A stretch of DNA of 64,000 nt from an uncultured Chloroflexia bacterium (GCA_963748235.1 CAVVHT010000009.1:1094756-1158755); one strand, 5' to 3'; numbered from the stretch's first letter, positions 54,471 through 63,432 are shown. The notes: generated by a model from the letters alone, not told the origin. Program-made: numbers and translations.

Positions 54471-55742
54471 ATGCGAATGGTGGATGCGACGGAAGCTGTC
54501 GCTGGAATCAAATCGGGCGACCAGATCTGGCTGCACGCCGCCGCCTCTACTCCGTCCGTGCTGCTCGACGCTCTGGTCGCTCGCTCAGATGAGCTGCATG
54601 ACGTAAAGGTTGTTCACTTCCACTGCGAGGGACCAGGGCCGCATCTCGATCCGGAGATGGCCGGCCATTTCTTCCATCGCGCCCTGTTCATCGGGCCAAA
54701 TGCGCGCGCCGCCGTGAACGAAGGCCGGGCCGAGTACATTCCGGCCTTCCTGTCGGACGTGCCCGTCTTGTTGCGCCGCGGACTGCTGCCTCTCGACGCG
54801 GTGCTGATCAACGTCGCCCCGCCCGATCGTCACGGCTTCTGCTCGCTGGGCACGTCGGTCATCGCGCTGCCGACAGCAATCAGAACGGCCCGGACCGTCA
54901 TCGCCCAGATCAACTCGGCCGTGCCACGGACGCTCGGAGACAGCTTTATCCACGTCGACGACATTGACCTCGGCGTCGAGGTCGACGTTCCGCCCTACGC
55001 GCACGAGCCCGCAAACATCGGCGATGTTGAGCGACGCATCGGTGAGTACGTCGCCGAGCTGGTTCCGCATGGCGCGACGATCCAGATGGGAATCGGCGCC
55101 ATCCCAGCCGCGGTGGCCAAGTCGCTGACCGACAAACGCGACCTCGGCGTTCACACCGAGATGATGACCGACGTCGTGCTCGACCTCGTCGAGGCTGGCG
55201 TTGTGACCGGCCGGGCCAAGGAAATCAATGCCGGCCACATCGTGGCCACGTTCATGCTCGGCAGTGAGCGGCTGTACCGGTGGGTCGACGACAACCCGAT
55301 GGTCGAGATGCGACCGGTCGAATACACCAATGACACGGCCGTCATACGGCGCTTCAAGCGCATGGTTGCCATCAACTCCGCCATCGAGGTCGACCTGACC
55401 GGCCAGGTTTGCGCCGACTCGATCGGATCGAGGCTTTACAGCGGCGTAGGAGGGCAAATGGACTTCGTCCGCGGCGCGGCACTGGCCGACGAAGGTCGGG
55501 CGATCATCGCCCTGCCGTCCACGGCCGCTGGTGGCTCTGTCTCACGCATCAGCCCCTACTTGACGCGCGGCGCGGGTGTAGTGACCACGCGAGCTCACGT
55601 CGAAACGATCGTGACGGAGTGGGGCGTCGCCGAGATGCACGGCCGCTCAATCCCGGAACGAGCTCGGTCGCTCATCGCCATCGCCCACCCCCGCTTCCGC
55701 GACGAGCTGGAACACGAGGCGCGGATCGCATTCCATATCTGA
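54471..55742 (+). CDS. Acetyl-CoA hydrolase/transferase family protein (4-hydroxybutyrate CoA-transferase-like)
   Basis: Full-length match to the remembered Cat2/AbfT pattern: ...GIKSGDQIWLHAAASTPSVLLDAL..., ...INSAIEVDLTGQVCADSIGSRLYSGVGGQMDF... Confidence 0.8.
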   Translation: MRMVDATEAVAGIKSGDQIWLHAAASTPSVLLDALVARSDELHDVKVVHFHCEGPGPHLDPEMAGHFFHRALFIGPNARAAVNEGRAEYIPAFLSDVPVLLRRGLLPLDAVLINVAPPDRHGFCSLGTSVIALPTAIRTARTVIAQINSAVPRTLGDSFIHVDDIDLGVEVDVPPYAHEPANIGDVERRIGEYVAELVPHGATIQMGIGAIPAAVAKSLTDKRDLGVHTEMMTDVVLDLVEAGVVTGRAKEINAGHIVATFMLGSERLYRWVDDNPMVEMRPVEYTNDTAVIRRFKRMVAINSAIEVDLTGQVCADSIGSRLYSGVGGQMDFVRGAALADEGRAIIALPSTAAGGSVSRISPYLTRGAGVVTTRAHVETIVTEWGVAEMHGRSIPERARSLIAIAHPRFRDELEHEARIAFHI

Positions 55743-55761
55743 TCGGACTGCGAGCCGGCGC

Positions 55762-56547
55762 CTAGATGGTCAGATTCGTGATCGCGATCTGGCGTTCAGT
55801 CCAGTAGCGCAGCGCCACTGCACGAGCAGGAGAGAGCACCTCGCACGCCCAGTCCCAATGAATCGAGATCAAGTCACCTTGGGCAACGTCGGCGACGCCG
55901 CCGAGCAGCCCGGCCCCATCGCGCCAGGCCCTCACGCTGTGCGCCTGCGCTGGCGCGAGCCGCAGCCGGCCGTCGTGCAGCTCGAGGCCCTGAGAGGACA
56001 CCACCAGGCTGTCGCCGTTGCGTTCGAGAACGCGACCCCAGCGGATGCGGCAGGAGTCCATGATCTCCATCGCGCCATCGATGGCGCCGGAGCGCATCAA
56101 TCCCAGCCGCGGAAACACGTCGAGCACGTGAAAGGCGTGGACAGGCAGCGCACCGTGGCCCGGTTTCTCGGCCAGCCAGCGCCATGAGTCGCGCCGCAAG
56201 CGACGGCGAAAACGGTCGTCGAGTGACTCGCCCAGCAGCCGCGGCGGTACCTGCGCGACGAGCTCGTTGCCAAGCCAATAGGCGTCAACCACGCGCGCGT
56301 CGAGCGGATCGGCAATGCCGTTGGCTCGGGCGATCAGCTCGAGATACGGGTACGCGCCCTCAAATCGTTTGGCCAGGCTGCTCAGCGCGCGAGTGTCGAA
56401 GCCCGAAGTCGCCTCGCCGAACAGCTCGTCCGTCTCAGCGGGGCCGCAGTAGCCGAGGCTATTGGGTCCGTACGCATAGCGAGCGAAGAGCACCGGACCG
56501 GCGACTGTTGACGGCTCGTGCTTACCGATGGTGGCCATGGCGCTCAT
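55762..56547 (-). CDS. Conserved hypothetical protein whose C-terminal ~90 aa look HypC/HupF-like
   Basis: ATG 56547 overlaps the EamA stop (ATGA). N-terminal FARYAYGPNSLGYCGP. C-terminal SCRIRWGRVLE...AQGDLISIHWDWACEVLSPARA parallels HypC MCLDMPGLVVA...APGDWVRVVCGVIVERISAAEA from the same operon. Confidence 0.65.
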   Translation of the reverse strand: MSAMATIGKHEPSTVAGPVLFARYAYGPNSLGYCGPAETDELFGEATSGFDTRALSSLAKRFEGAYPYLELIARANGIADPLDARVVDAYWLGNELVAQVPPRLLGESLDDRFRRRLRRDSWRWLAEKPGHGALPVHAFHVLDVFPRLGLMRSGAIDGAMEIMDSCRIRWGRVLERNGDSLVVSSQGLELHDGRLRLAPAQAHSVRAWRDGAGLLGGVADVAQGDLISIHWDWACEVLSPARAVALRYWTERQIAITNLTI

Positions 56548-57476
56548 GGGCCGGCCACCCCTGCGGCGGCCGCGGGCAGGCTGGCGCGGCGGCCTCGCCA
56601 CAGGGCTGTCGCGGCGATGGCGGCCACGCCAGTGACGATCAGCACATGGCCAAGCAACACGGCTGGAACCGGCACGGCGCCGCGCAGATACGCATCGATC
56701 GTCGCGGTGATCGGTGCCCCAAGCACCAGCACGCTGGCCACGACCGTTGCCGGCGCACGACTGAGCGCCGCCAGCCACGTGCCGACGTAGCCGGCCAGGA
56801 GCAGGCCGGTGACCAGAACCCACGTCCACTGCGTTGTCGTCAGCGCGAACATCGCGGGCAAGCGACCGGTGATCGCGAGAAATCCGACCAGGATGACCAG
56901 CCCGATGCCCAGTCGAGCCACGCCGACGACGGACGACGGCACGTCGGCAAGCACTCGCTTGGCAATCACGACCTCGACCGCCCAGAGCAGTGTCGCGGCC
57001 GCGATCATCGTTTCGCCAACGCCCCACGTGACCCCGGTGGGCGGGGTGATCAGCAGCTGGCTGACCAGCAAGGCAGCCATCGCCGCAAGCTGGATGGCCC
57101 CGAGGCGCTCGCCCAGGAAGGGCACGGCCAGCACGGCGACCCAGACGAAGAGAGTCTTGTGGATGAACGCCGCGGACGGAGCGCTGGCCAGTGAAAGCCC
57201 GGTAAAGAACAAGAGGAACGGCACGCTGCCACCGATCACGCCAATGGCGATGAGCTTGAGCGACGCGCTGCGGGTTGGCACGCGCCATCCATTTCGATTG
57301 ACCCCGAACAGCGCGACGGCCAGCAGCACCAGCACAGCCATGCCGTTCTTGAGCGTGGTGAAGATCGCCGGGTCGGTCAGCTCGCGCACGGCGTAGCTGT
57401 TCACGGCGATCGAAAAGCCGCTGATCACCGCCGTCGCCGCAGCGAACGCTATTCCGACCTTGGTCGTTCGATTCAT
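56544..57476 (-). CDS. EamA/DMT-superfamily transporter
   Basis: ATG 57476. Ten hydrophobic spans in two EamA-like halves. The start lies 1 nt after the hypC stop. Confidence 0.8.
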   Translation of the reverse strand: MNRTTKVGIAFAAATAVISGFSIAVNSYAVRELTDPAIFTTLKNGMAVLVLLAVALFGVNRNGWRVPTRSASLKLIAIGVIGGSVPFLLFFTGLSLASAPSAAFIHKTLFVWVAVLAVPFLGERLGAIQLAAMAALLVSQLLITPPTGVTWGVGETMIAAATLLWAVEVVIAKRVLADVPSSVVGVARLGIGLVILVGFLAITGRLPAMFALTTTQWTWVLVTGLLLAGYVGTWLAALSRAPATVVASVLVLGAPITATIDAYLRGAVPVPAVLLGHVLIVTGVAAIAATALWRGRRASLPAAAAGVAGP

Positions 57477-57477
57477 G

Positions 57478-57693
57478 TCATCCTCCCCTGGCCACGGCCA
57501 GGCTGCTCCTGATCTGATCGGCCTCGGCGGCACTGATTCGTTCAACGATCACTCCACACACGACCCGCACCCAGTCACCGGGCGCGATGTCGGACACGAA
57601 CCCACTTGCCGCGTGAATCGAGCCCTGCTCGAGCTCGACCTCGGCGAATTCGTCGGTGCAGGCAACGACGAGTCCAGGCATGTCAAGGCACAC
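57478..57693 (-). CDS. hypC: [NiFe]-hydrogenase maturation chaperone HypC/HupF
   Basis: N-terminal MCLDMPG (essential Cys2), 71 aa, GDWVRVVCGV. Confidence 0.85.
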   Translation of the reverse strand: MCLDMPGLVVACTDEFAEVELEQGSIHAASGFVSDIAPGDWVRVVCGVIVERISAAEADQIRSSLAVARGG

Positions 57694-58195
57694 GGCTAGC
57701 TCCTGTGGCGAAGGCTTTCTCTGTTACTAGTCGGTCCACGGCGGCGCCGATCGCCGCGACGAACTGGGACAGCGCGGCGGCCACCGTCGGCGACAGTGAT
57801 GTTCCAAAGCCAAAGCGGTCCCCGGCGACGCCGACGAACAGGCCGCTCAACGGCATGCCTCGAAGCGCCTCGGCGATGCCGATGACGTGCCCGATGGGCA
57901 GCGCGTGTGAGCTGTGTGGAACCGCATCGACGCTCGTCGCGAGGCTCGCCAAGCCGAGGGTCACCACGCTTCCGGGAGGTGGTCCGACGGCGGCGTCGAC
58001 GATCACCACGTCTGTGTCGGCGGGTGCCTGGAGGAGGTGCTCGATGTCGAGTTGCACGCATCGCACCACCTCGACAACGTCGCGCAGCTCGGGTCGATCG
58101 GCCAGCAGCATCGACGACGCCCATACGGCGGCGCCGTCGTCCTGGCGATCGATCGAGCCGCAGACGAGCAGACGGACCAGCGGCGTCGAATTCAT
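57683..58195 (-). CDS. Hydrogenase maturation endopeptidase (HoxW/HycI-like)
   Basis: ATG 58195 overlaps the large-subunit stop (ATGA). LLVCGSIDRQDDGAAV (GxGNxxxxDDG variant), VVIVDAA and HSSHALP. Confidence 0.75.
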   Translation of the reverse strand: MNSTPLVRLLVCGSIDRQDDGAAVWASSMLLADRPELRDVVEVVRCVQLDIEHLLQAPADTDVVIVDAAVGPPPGSVVTLGLASLATSVDAVPHSSHALPIGHVIGIAEALRGMPLSGLFVGVAGDRFGFGTSLSPTVAAALSQFVAAIGAAVDRLVTEKAFATGASRVP

Positions 58196-59526
58196 GTGAC
58201 CACCTGCTCGATGCTCAGATCGAGGAAATGGGTCGCGCACGAGATGCACGGGTCATAGCTGCGGATGAGCTGCTCGAGGCGGATCGTGGCCGTCTCATGT
58301 GGAAGCTGGATCACCGATGGGCCGAACGAGGTCAGGTCGGCTTCGATGGCGGCCTGGTTCTGACTTGTCGGTGGCACGATCCGGGCGCTGGCGATGAGCC
58401 CTTGGTCATCAACTTCGTACTCGTGGAACAGCATGCCCCGCGGAGCTTCTGTGGCCCAACCGGCGCGGCCCGACCGGGGCACCCATGTTGCGCTTGGCGC
58501 GAGTGGCGGCCGGTACGCGTCGACGATCTCGATCGCCTCGGCCGTGGCGTGGATCAGCTCGATCGCCCGCGCCGCGATGCTCCAGAACGGATTGCGGCGG
58601 ATCTCGTTGGCAACCCCCAGGCGATCGAGCGCGGCGCGGGCCAGCGGATGCAGCAGGTCCGCATTGAGCGTCACCCGCGCCGACGGCCCGAGCAGGTACA
58701 CCTCGCCGGCCGTGGTTCGCGCCTGGAGGGCGTTCGACCAGGCGACCTGATCCTCTGCGAACGCGCGCGGCCAGTCGTCAGCAGCGATGTCGAGGCCGTC
58801 ATTCGAAACAATGCGCCCCTCGTTCATCGGGTACTCGGCTGGATGACGCAGCGAGACAAGGCGCGGCTCGCGTTCGAAATCAGGTACATCGAGATCCGCG
58901 ACGAAGGCGGCGGTGGCCTGCGCGAGTGCGAGCGCATCTTCGAGCTCGGGCCGCAGCGCGCGCAGCTCCTGATGTTCAGGCACGCGCGAGAAGCCACCGA
59001 CACGCACGCTCAAGGGGTGGATGGGCCTCGCCCCGAGCAGGGCGACGATGCGGTTGCCGACCCGCTTGAGAGCGAGTCCCTGCTCGACAACATCACGCTT
59101 GTCGCGCGCCATCTCGATCGCACTCGGATAGCCGAGGAAGTCGGGCGCATGGAGCAGGTAGACGTGGAGGGCATGGCTCTCGATCCACTCGCCGCAGTAG
59201 AAGAGTCGTCGCAATGCGCGAATCTGCGGGTCGATCTGGACGCCTGCGAGCGCCTCGAAGGCATGAACCGCGCTCATCTGGTAGGCGACGGGGCAGATGC
59301 CGCAGATGCGTGCGACGATGTCGATCACCTCGTCGGGGGTCCGGCCGACCACCAGCCGTTCGAAATAGCGCGGCGCCTCGAAGATGCCCAGACGTGCCTC
59401 CACCACGCGCTCGCCTTCCACGCGCAGTACGAGCGAGCCCTCCCCTTCGACTCGCGACAGGTGTGCAACTCGGTACTCATGGTTGTCGGTGGCCGGTCGC
59501 GGGCCGTGTCGGCCTCCGTGCGTCAT
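58192..59526 (-). CDS. hyhL: Group 3b-type [NiFe]-hydrogenase large (alpha) subunit
   Basis: RVEGEGS, N-terminal RICGICPVAY and C-terminal DPCISCATH Ni-Fe ligand motifs, 444 aa. The gene order beta-gamma-delta-alpha is typical of group 3b. Confidence 0.88.
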   Translation of the reverse strand: MTHGGRHGPRPATDNHEYRVAHLSRVEGEGSLVLRVEGERVVEARLGIFEAPRYFERLVVGRTPDEVIDIVARICGICPVAYQMSAVHAFEALAGVQIDPQIRALRRLFYCGEWIESHALHVYLLHAPDFLGYPSAIEMARDKRDVVEQGLALKRVGNRIVALLGARPIHPLSVRVGGFSRVPEHQELRALRPELEDALALAQATAAFVADLDVPDFEREPRLVSLRHPAEYPMNEGRIVSNDGLDIAADDWPRAFAEDQVAWSNALQARTTAGEVYLLGPSARVTLNADLLHPLARAALDRLGVANEIRRNPFWSIAARAIELIHATAEAIEIVDAYRPPLAPSATWVPRSGRAGWATEAPRGMLFHEYEVDDQGLIASARIVPPTSQNQAAIEADLTSFGPSVIQLPHETATIRLEQLIRSYDPCISCATHFLDLSIEQVVT

Positions 59527-60320
59527 CTGGTGGCCTCCCGCTCAGCGATGCGACGGAAGGCTGGAGCGTTGACGTTGATCCCGGCGAAGAGCCGCGTTAC
59601 CTCCGCGGGCGTCCGGCCGTTGGCCGCGAACTGTGTCGCCAGGGCGATTGTGTTGGCCGACTCAACCGGTCCGAAGCAGCCGTAGCAGCCGCGCGCGAAG
59701 GCCGGGCACAGCGCGCCGCAACCGGTTCGTGTCACCGGACCCAGGCACGACGTGCCGCCCGCAACTAGGACGCAGGCGATGCCGCGCCTCTTGCACTCGG
59801 CACATACCGCTTCGTCGGGCAGCTGGGGCCGTCGGCCAACGAGCAGCGCGGTCAACAGCTCCAGCAGCTGGTCGGGCGAGATCGGGCAGCCATATAGCTG
59901 CGCGTCGACCGCCACGTGGTCGGACACCGGCGTCGATGTGGCCAGTGACGAGATCAGCTCCGGTCGCGGATAGACGGACGCCGCAAAGCCGCCGCCCGGC
60001 TCGAGGTTGCGCAGCGCCTGTATGCCGCCGGCCGTCGCGCAGGCGCCGATCGTGACCAGCAGGGTCGCCTCGCGACGAAGCTGCACGATCTCCTGGACCT
60101 GGGCGGGCGTGCTGATCGAGCCCTCGACGAGCAGGACGTCGTATGGCCCGTGCGACCGGCGCGAGGTCGCCTCCGCGAACTCGACGATCTCGAACCTCTC
60201 CGTCAACGCCAACAGGTGATCCTCGAGGTCGAGCAGCGTGAGCTGGCACCCGTCGCAGGAGGTGAGCTTGACGACGCCTACGCGTGGCCGCGAGATCTCG
60301 GTTCGGGTATCACCGGACAT
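59523..60320 (-). CDS. hyhS: Group 3b-type [NiFe]-hydrogenase small (delta) subunit
   Basis: ATG 60320. VVKLTSCDGCQLTLLD, GACATAGGIQALRN and Cys-rich C-terminus. ATGA overlap with hyhL. Confidence 0.85.
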   Translation of the reverse strand: MSGDTRTEISRPRVGVVKLTSCDGCQLTLLDLEDHLLALTERFEIVEFAEATSRRSHGPYDVLLVEGSISTPAQVQEIVQLRREATLLVTIGACATAGGIQALRNLEPGGGFAASVYPRPELISSLATSTPVSDHVAVDAQLYGCPISPDQLLELLTALLVGRRPQLPDEAVCAECKRRGIACVLVAGGTSCLGPVTRTGCGALCPAFARGCYGCFGPVESANTIALATQFAANGRTPAEVTRLFAGINVNAPAFRRIAEREATR

Positions 60321-60322
60321 GC

Positions 60323-61135
60323 TCACAGTCCCTCGATGCGGAAGGCAGGACCGAGCTCGGCGAGCGAGAAGACCGGTCCATCGCGGCAGACGAAGAAGGG
60401 GCCCAGCTGGCAGTGGCCGCACAGACCCACGCCACATTCCATGTGGCGCTCGAGAGTGACGTAGATGCGCTCCGGCGGGACCCCGCGTTCGAGCAGCGTG
60501 GCCGCGGTCGCTTGCATCATCCGCTCCGGCCCGCACACGAAGGCAACGGTCCGATCACAGCTGCACAACTGGCGATCGATGACCTGTGTGACCACGCCCA
60601 CCCGGCCGAGCCACTCGGGTCCGGCGCGATCGACGGTCATGGCGACCTCGATCACGTCGCGTGCTGCGAGATCGTCGAGCTCGGCGACGAACAGGCGGTC
60701 GGCCGGCGTGCGCGCGCCGAACGCCAGCTGGACCCGGCCGATGCGTTGGCGGCGCCGGTTGATCTCGTCGAGCAGCGGCCGCAGCGGGGCCAGGCCGATC
60801 CCGCCGGCAATTACCAATACGTCGCGACCCTGAACCTCGTCGACCGGCCATCCGCGACCCAGCGGGCCCCGAAGGGCAAGCGTGTCGCCCGGCGTCAGGT
60901 CGCAGATCGCTCGGGTGGCCGGCCCGGCGGCGCGAATCGTCAGCTCGAATTCCGTCGCTCGCAAATCGCGAGATTGAGATCGGCGGAGCTGCGACGCCAG
61001 GCTGGGCTGCCATGACGAACTGTCCAGGCCGTCCGGCGAGCAACCCGACATCGTCGGTCGCGAGATCGAGGGTGACCACGTCACTCGTCTCGGTTCGCAC
61101 CTCCCTGACGCGCGCGGTTATCCACTCGCGGTCCA
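60323..61135 (-). pseudogene. hyhG: Hydrogenase gamma subunit (PyrK/AsrB-like FAD/NAD(P)-binding, 2Fe-2S), frame-disrupted near 60965-60975 and lacking its own start or stop boundary with hyhB
   Basis: The N-terminal part ...VREVRTETSDVVTLDLA...GRPGQFVMAAQPGVAAPPISIS lies in the hyhB frame. RATEFELTIRAAGPATRAI...LVIAGGIGLAPL...CGVGLCGHCQ lies in the frame of 61084. One nt appears to be missing in TCGCG-ATTTG. Confidence 0.75.
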
Positions 61136-62366
61136 GGCCCTCGGCGGGCGCTTGCAGGACGGGCAGCGGCGTTCTGACAGCCGGTGGTGACGCAACGGGG
61201 AGTGCGATTGGTCGGAGCACTGTCTCGGACCGAGCAGGTGCTGCGGCACCAACTTCGGTGACGCGCATCAGCTCCTCGCGCACGTCGATGCCGACGGGGC
61301 ACCAGGTCACGCAGCGTCCGCAGCCGACGCAGCCAGACGTGCCGAACTGATCCCACCAGGTCCCGAACTTATGTGTCAACCACTGGCGATAGCGGTCCTT
61401 GACCTGCGGCCGGAAGTTGCCGCCGGCGATGCGCGCAAAGTCGAACGTGAAGCAGCTGTCCCAGCGTCGCTCGGTCGACGCCTGCTGGCCATCGAGGTCC
61501 GAAATCTGGTTGACGCTGGTGCAGAAACAAGTCGGGCACACGAGGGTGCAGTTGGTGCAGGCGAGGCAGCGCTCGGCGATCTCCGCCCAACGCGGGCTTT
61601 CGGCGGCCGCGACGAGTCGGGCCGGCATGTCGGTCATGTCCAACGGTGTCCCGATGGCCTCGCGCACAGCGGCGACTGAAGTGGCGGCCCCTGAGCGCTG
61701 ATCCTCCGTGGCAGGCGATAGATCAAGCTCGGCGACGGCTGACTCGCCGGTTGAGGAACCCACGCGCACGACAAATCCGTCATCGAGCTCGCTCAGGGCC
61801 AGGTCGAAGCCGCCCCTGACCTCAGGTCCCGTGCCCATCGAGGTGCAGAAGCAAGTCGAACCGGCCACCGCGCACTCCACGGCCACCACCACGTTGCCGG
61901 CTCGACGTGCCCCGTAATCGGGATCGGTCACCGGCCCGTCGCGAAGGACGCGGTCCTGGATCGCGATTGCTTCGATCTCGCACGCCCGCACGCCGAGGAA
62001 TGTCGTCGGCACTGATTCTGGGCCGGGCGCCCGTGGGTTCACGTCCTCGCCCACGGCCTCCCAATCCAGCTGCGCAACGCGCGGCGGAAAGGTCCACCTC
62101 TTCCACGACATCGGCCCCGGTGCGTAATCGAAGTAGCGATCCGAGCTGGATCTGACTACTCGCGAACGACCGGGTTGATTGTCCAGACCGACACCGGCTG
62201 GCAGCTGCTCGACGTCGGTGATCTCGGCGAGCTCGATGGTCTGGTTCCTCGCCATCGGCCCAACGACCGTACGGCCGTCGGCCTGCAAAGCGATAAGAAA
62301 CTCGGGAAATCGGCCGCGCGGCAGGAAGTATGTCTGGCCATCACCGTGGCCGGCTTGGACTACCAC
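61136..62366 (-). CDS. hyhB: Hydrogenase beta subunit (AsrA/HydB-like 4Fe-4S protein), reading through into hyhG without a stop
   Basis: GTG 62366. CLACTNCTLVCPTCFC and CVGCGRCVTWCPVGI ferredoxin-type motifs. A ~35-aa Pro/Ala-rich segment follows, and the gamma-subunit N-terminus then continues in the same frame. Confidence 0.8.
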
Positions 62367-62863
62367 GGTTCGACCCAGCGCTGCGTGAAGAGGTCGAGGA
62401 GTTGGAGCCTGGTGCCCTCGAGCCTGCGCGCGACGGCCTCCAACAAGAGCGGGTAGACAGCCAGCGCGAGCTCGCTATCGGCCGCGAGTCGATGGCGCAG
62501 CTCCTCGCCTTCGAACCGGATCAGCCGACTGCGCTCGAGCGCCACGGCCGTCGACGTCGCGCGAAACGGAGCCACGAGGGCCGACCAGCCGACGACGTCG
62601 CCCGGCTCGACGGTCAGGATGGTCACGTGGCCACGTTCCGGAACGTACAGGCGGAGCCCTATCCGGCCGTCGACGACGATCGCCATGGACTCGGTTGGGT
62701 CGCCCTCACGGAGCAGCGTCTCGGACGCGGCGACGGTGACGAGACGACCAAGTCGGGCGAGGGCGCGTCGCGACTCAAACGTCAGACCGCGAGTCAGCCA
62801 TGTTGCGCCGAGCAGCTCGGCGATGTCCGGGGCCTCCATCGGCGCGACACTTCGGCTATCCAT
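62360..62863 (-). CDS. Stand-alone cyclic-nucleotide-binding-domain protein (no DNA-binding domain), first cistron of the hydrogenase operon
   Basis: ATG 62863 with AAGGAG 10 nt upstream. cNMP beta-roll pattern LLREGDPTESMAIVVDGRIGLRL...LTVEPGDVVGWSAL...RATSTAVALERSRLI. The stop overlaps the hyhB start by 7 nt. Confidence 0.75.
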   Translation of the reverse strand: MDSRSVAPMEAPDIAELLGATWLTRGLTFESRRALARLGRLVTVAASETLLREGDPTESMAIVVDGRIGLRLYVPERGHVTILTVEPGDVVGWSALVAPFRATSTAVALERSRLIRFEGEELRHRLAADSELALAVYPLLLEAVARRLEGTRLQLLDLFTQRWVEPW

Positions 62864-62941
62864 TGACAACGAACTCCTTCCTATTCGGATGCTCGTTGCC
62901 CGTGGGACTCTGCGAGCGTGCCGTTCGGCCCGCTGTTGGGA

Positions 62942-62963
62942 CCCACCTGTCACGTCAAGTGGG
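62942..62963. promoter_or_regulatory. 22-bp imperfect palindrome CCCACCTGTCACGTCAAGTGGG upstream of the hydrogenase operon
   Basis: Read directly, 80-100 nt upstream of the cNMP-domain gene start. Outer arms CCCAC/GTGGG are perfect and the inner part is partly symmetric. Confidence 0.35.
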
Positions 62964-63028
62964 CGGGTATCGATCGGAATCAAAAGGTCGCGCCCGCGCC
63001 TCCTCGACGCGAACGCGACCGGATGCCG

Positions 63029-63406
63029 TTAGACGGCTGGTTGCGGCACGCGCGACTTGGCAATCGCGCGCACAGCCAGGAAGAAGACGATCATCACGAC
63101 CTGGAATCCGAGCACGATGCGGTTCACGTCAACCGCCGGAACCCACGAAACCTGGTCGCCCTTGACGACGAACGCCCCGGTTGGCCTGCCTGTTGCACCA
63201 AATCCGATGCCCGACCCAGACTGGGCTTTCGTCTCGGAGCCTTCCTCTCCGCCGGTGGCGGGCGCGTTGCCTTCGCCGCCGCCGATGCCGCCCATGAACT
63301 TGGCGGCCGGAATGATGGTCACGCCGTTCTTTTCATACGGCTCACCGAACACTCCCCGAGCGCCGATCGACTCGCGTGCCTGGCTCAGGATCTGTGCTAC
63401 TTCCAT
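63029..63406 (-). CDS. GerW/YtfJ-family protein with C-terminal TM helix
   Basis: ATG 63406 with AGGAGG 9 nt upstream. VFGEPYEKNGVTIIPAAKFMGGIGGGEG...GAFVVKGDQVSWVPAVD matches the remembered GerW/YtfJ pattern. Confidence 0.65.
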   Translation of the reverse strand: MEVAQILSQARESIGARGVFGEPYEKNGVTIIPAAKFMGGIGGGEGNAPATGGEEGSETKAQSGSGIGFGATGRPTGAFVVKGDQVSWVPAVDVNRIVLGFQVVMIVFFLAVRAIAKSRVPQPAV

Positions 63407-63432
63407 TGTCGAAGTCCTCCTTTGGAGCGCTA

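Noticed and set aside
9133-60950. EcoRI-site (GAATTC) coincidence at or near three frame breaks (9133-9149, ~24243 and ~60945), suggesting a cloning or linker artefact.
   Set aside because: Only three of nine breaks are near GAATTC. One of those is ~20 nt away, and the other six have unrelated contexts. It is treated as coincidence.
2919-62366. Programmed ribosomal frameshifting as an explanation for the split genes.
   Set aside because: There are no slippery heptamers or conserved stimulatory structures at the sites. The affected families (permease, helicase, GH15, FemAB and others) are not known to use recoding. Indels are the simpler explanation.
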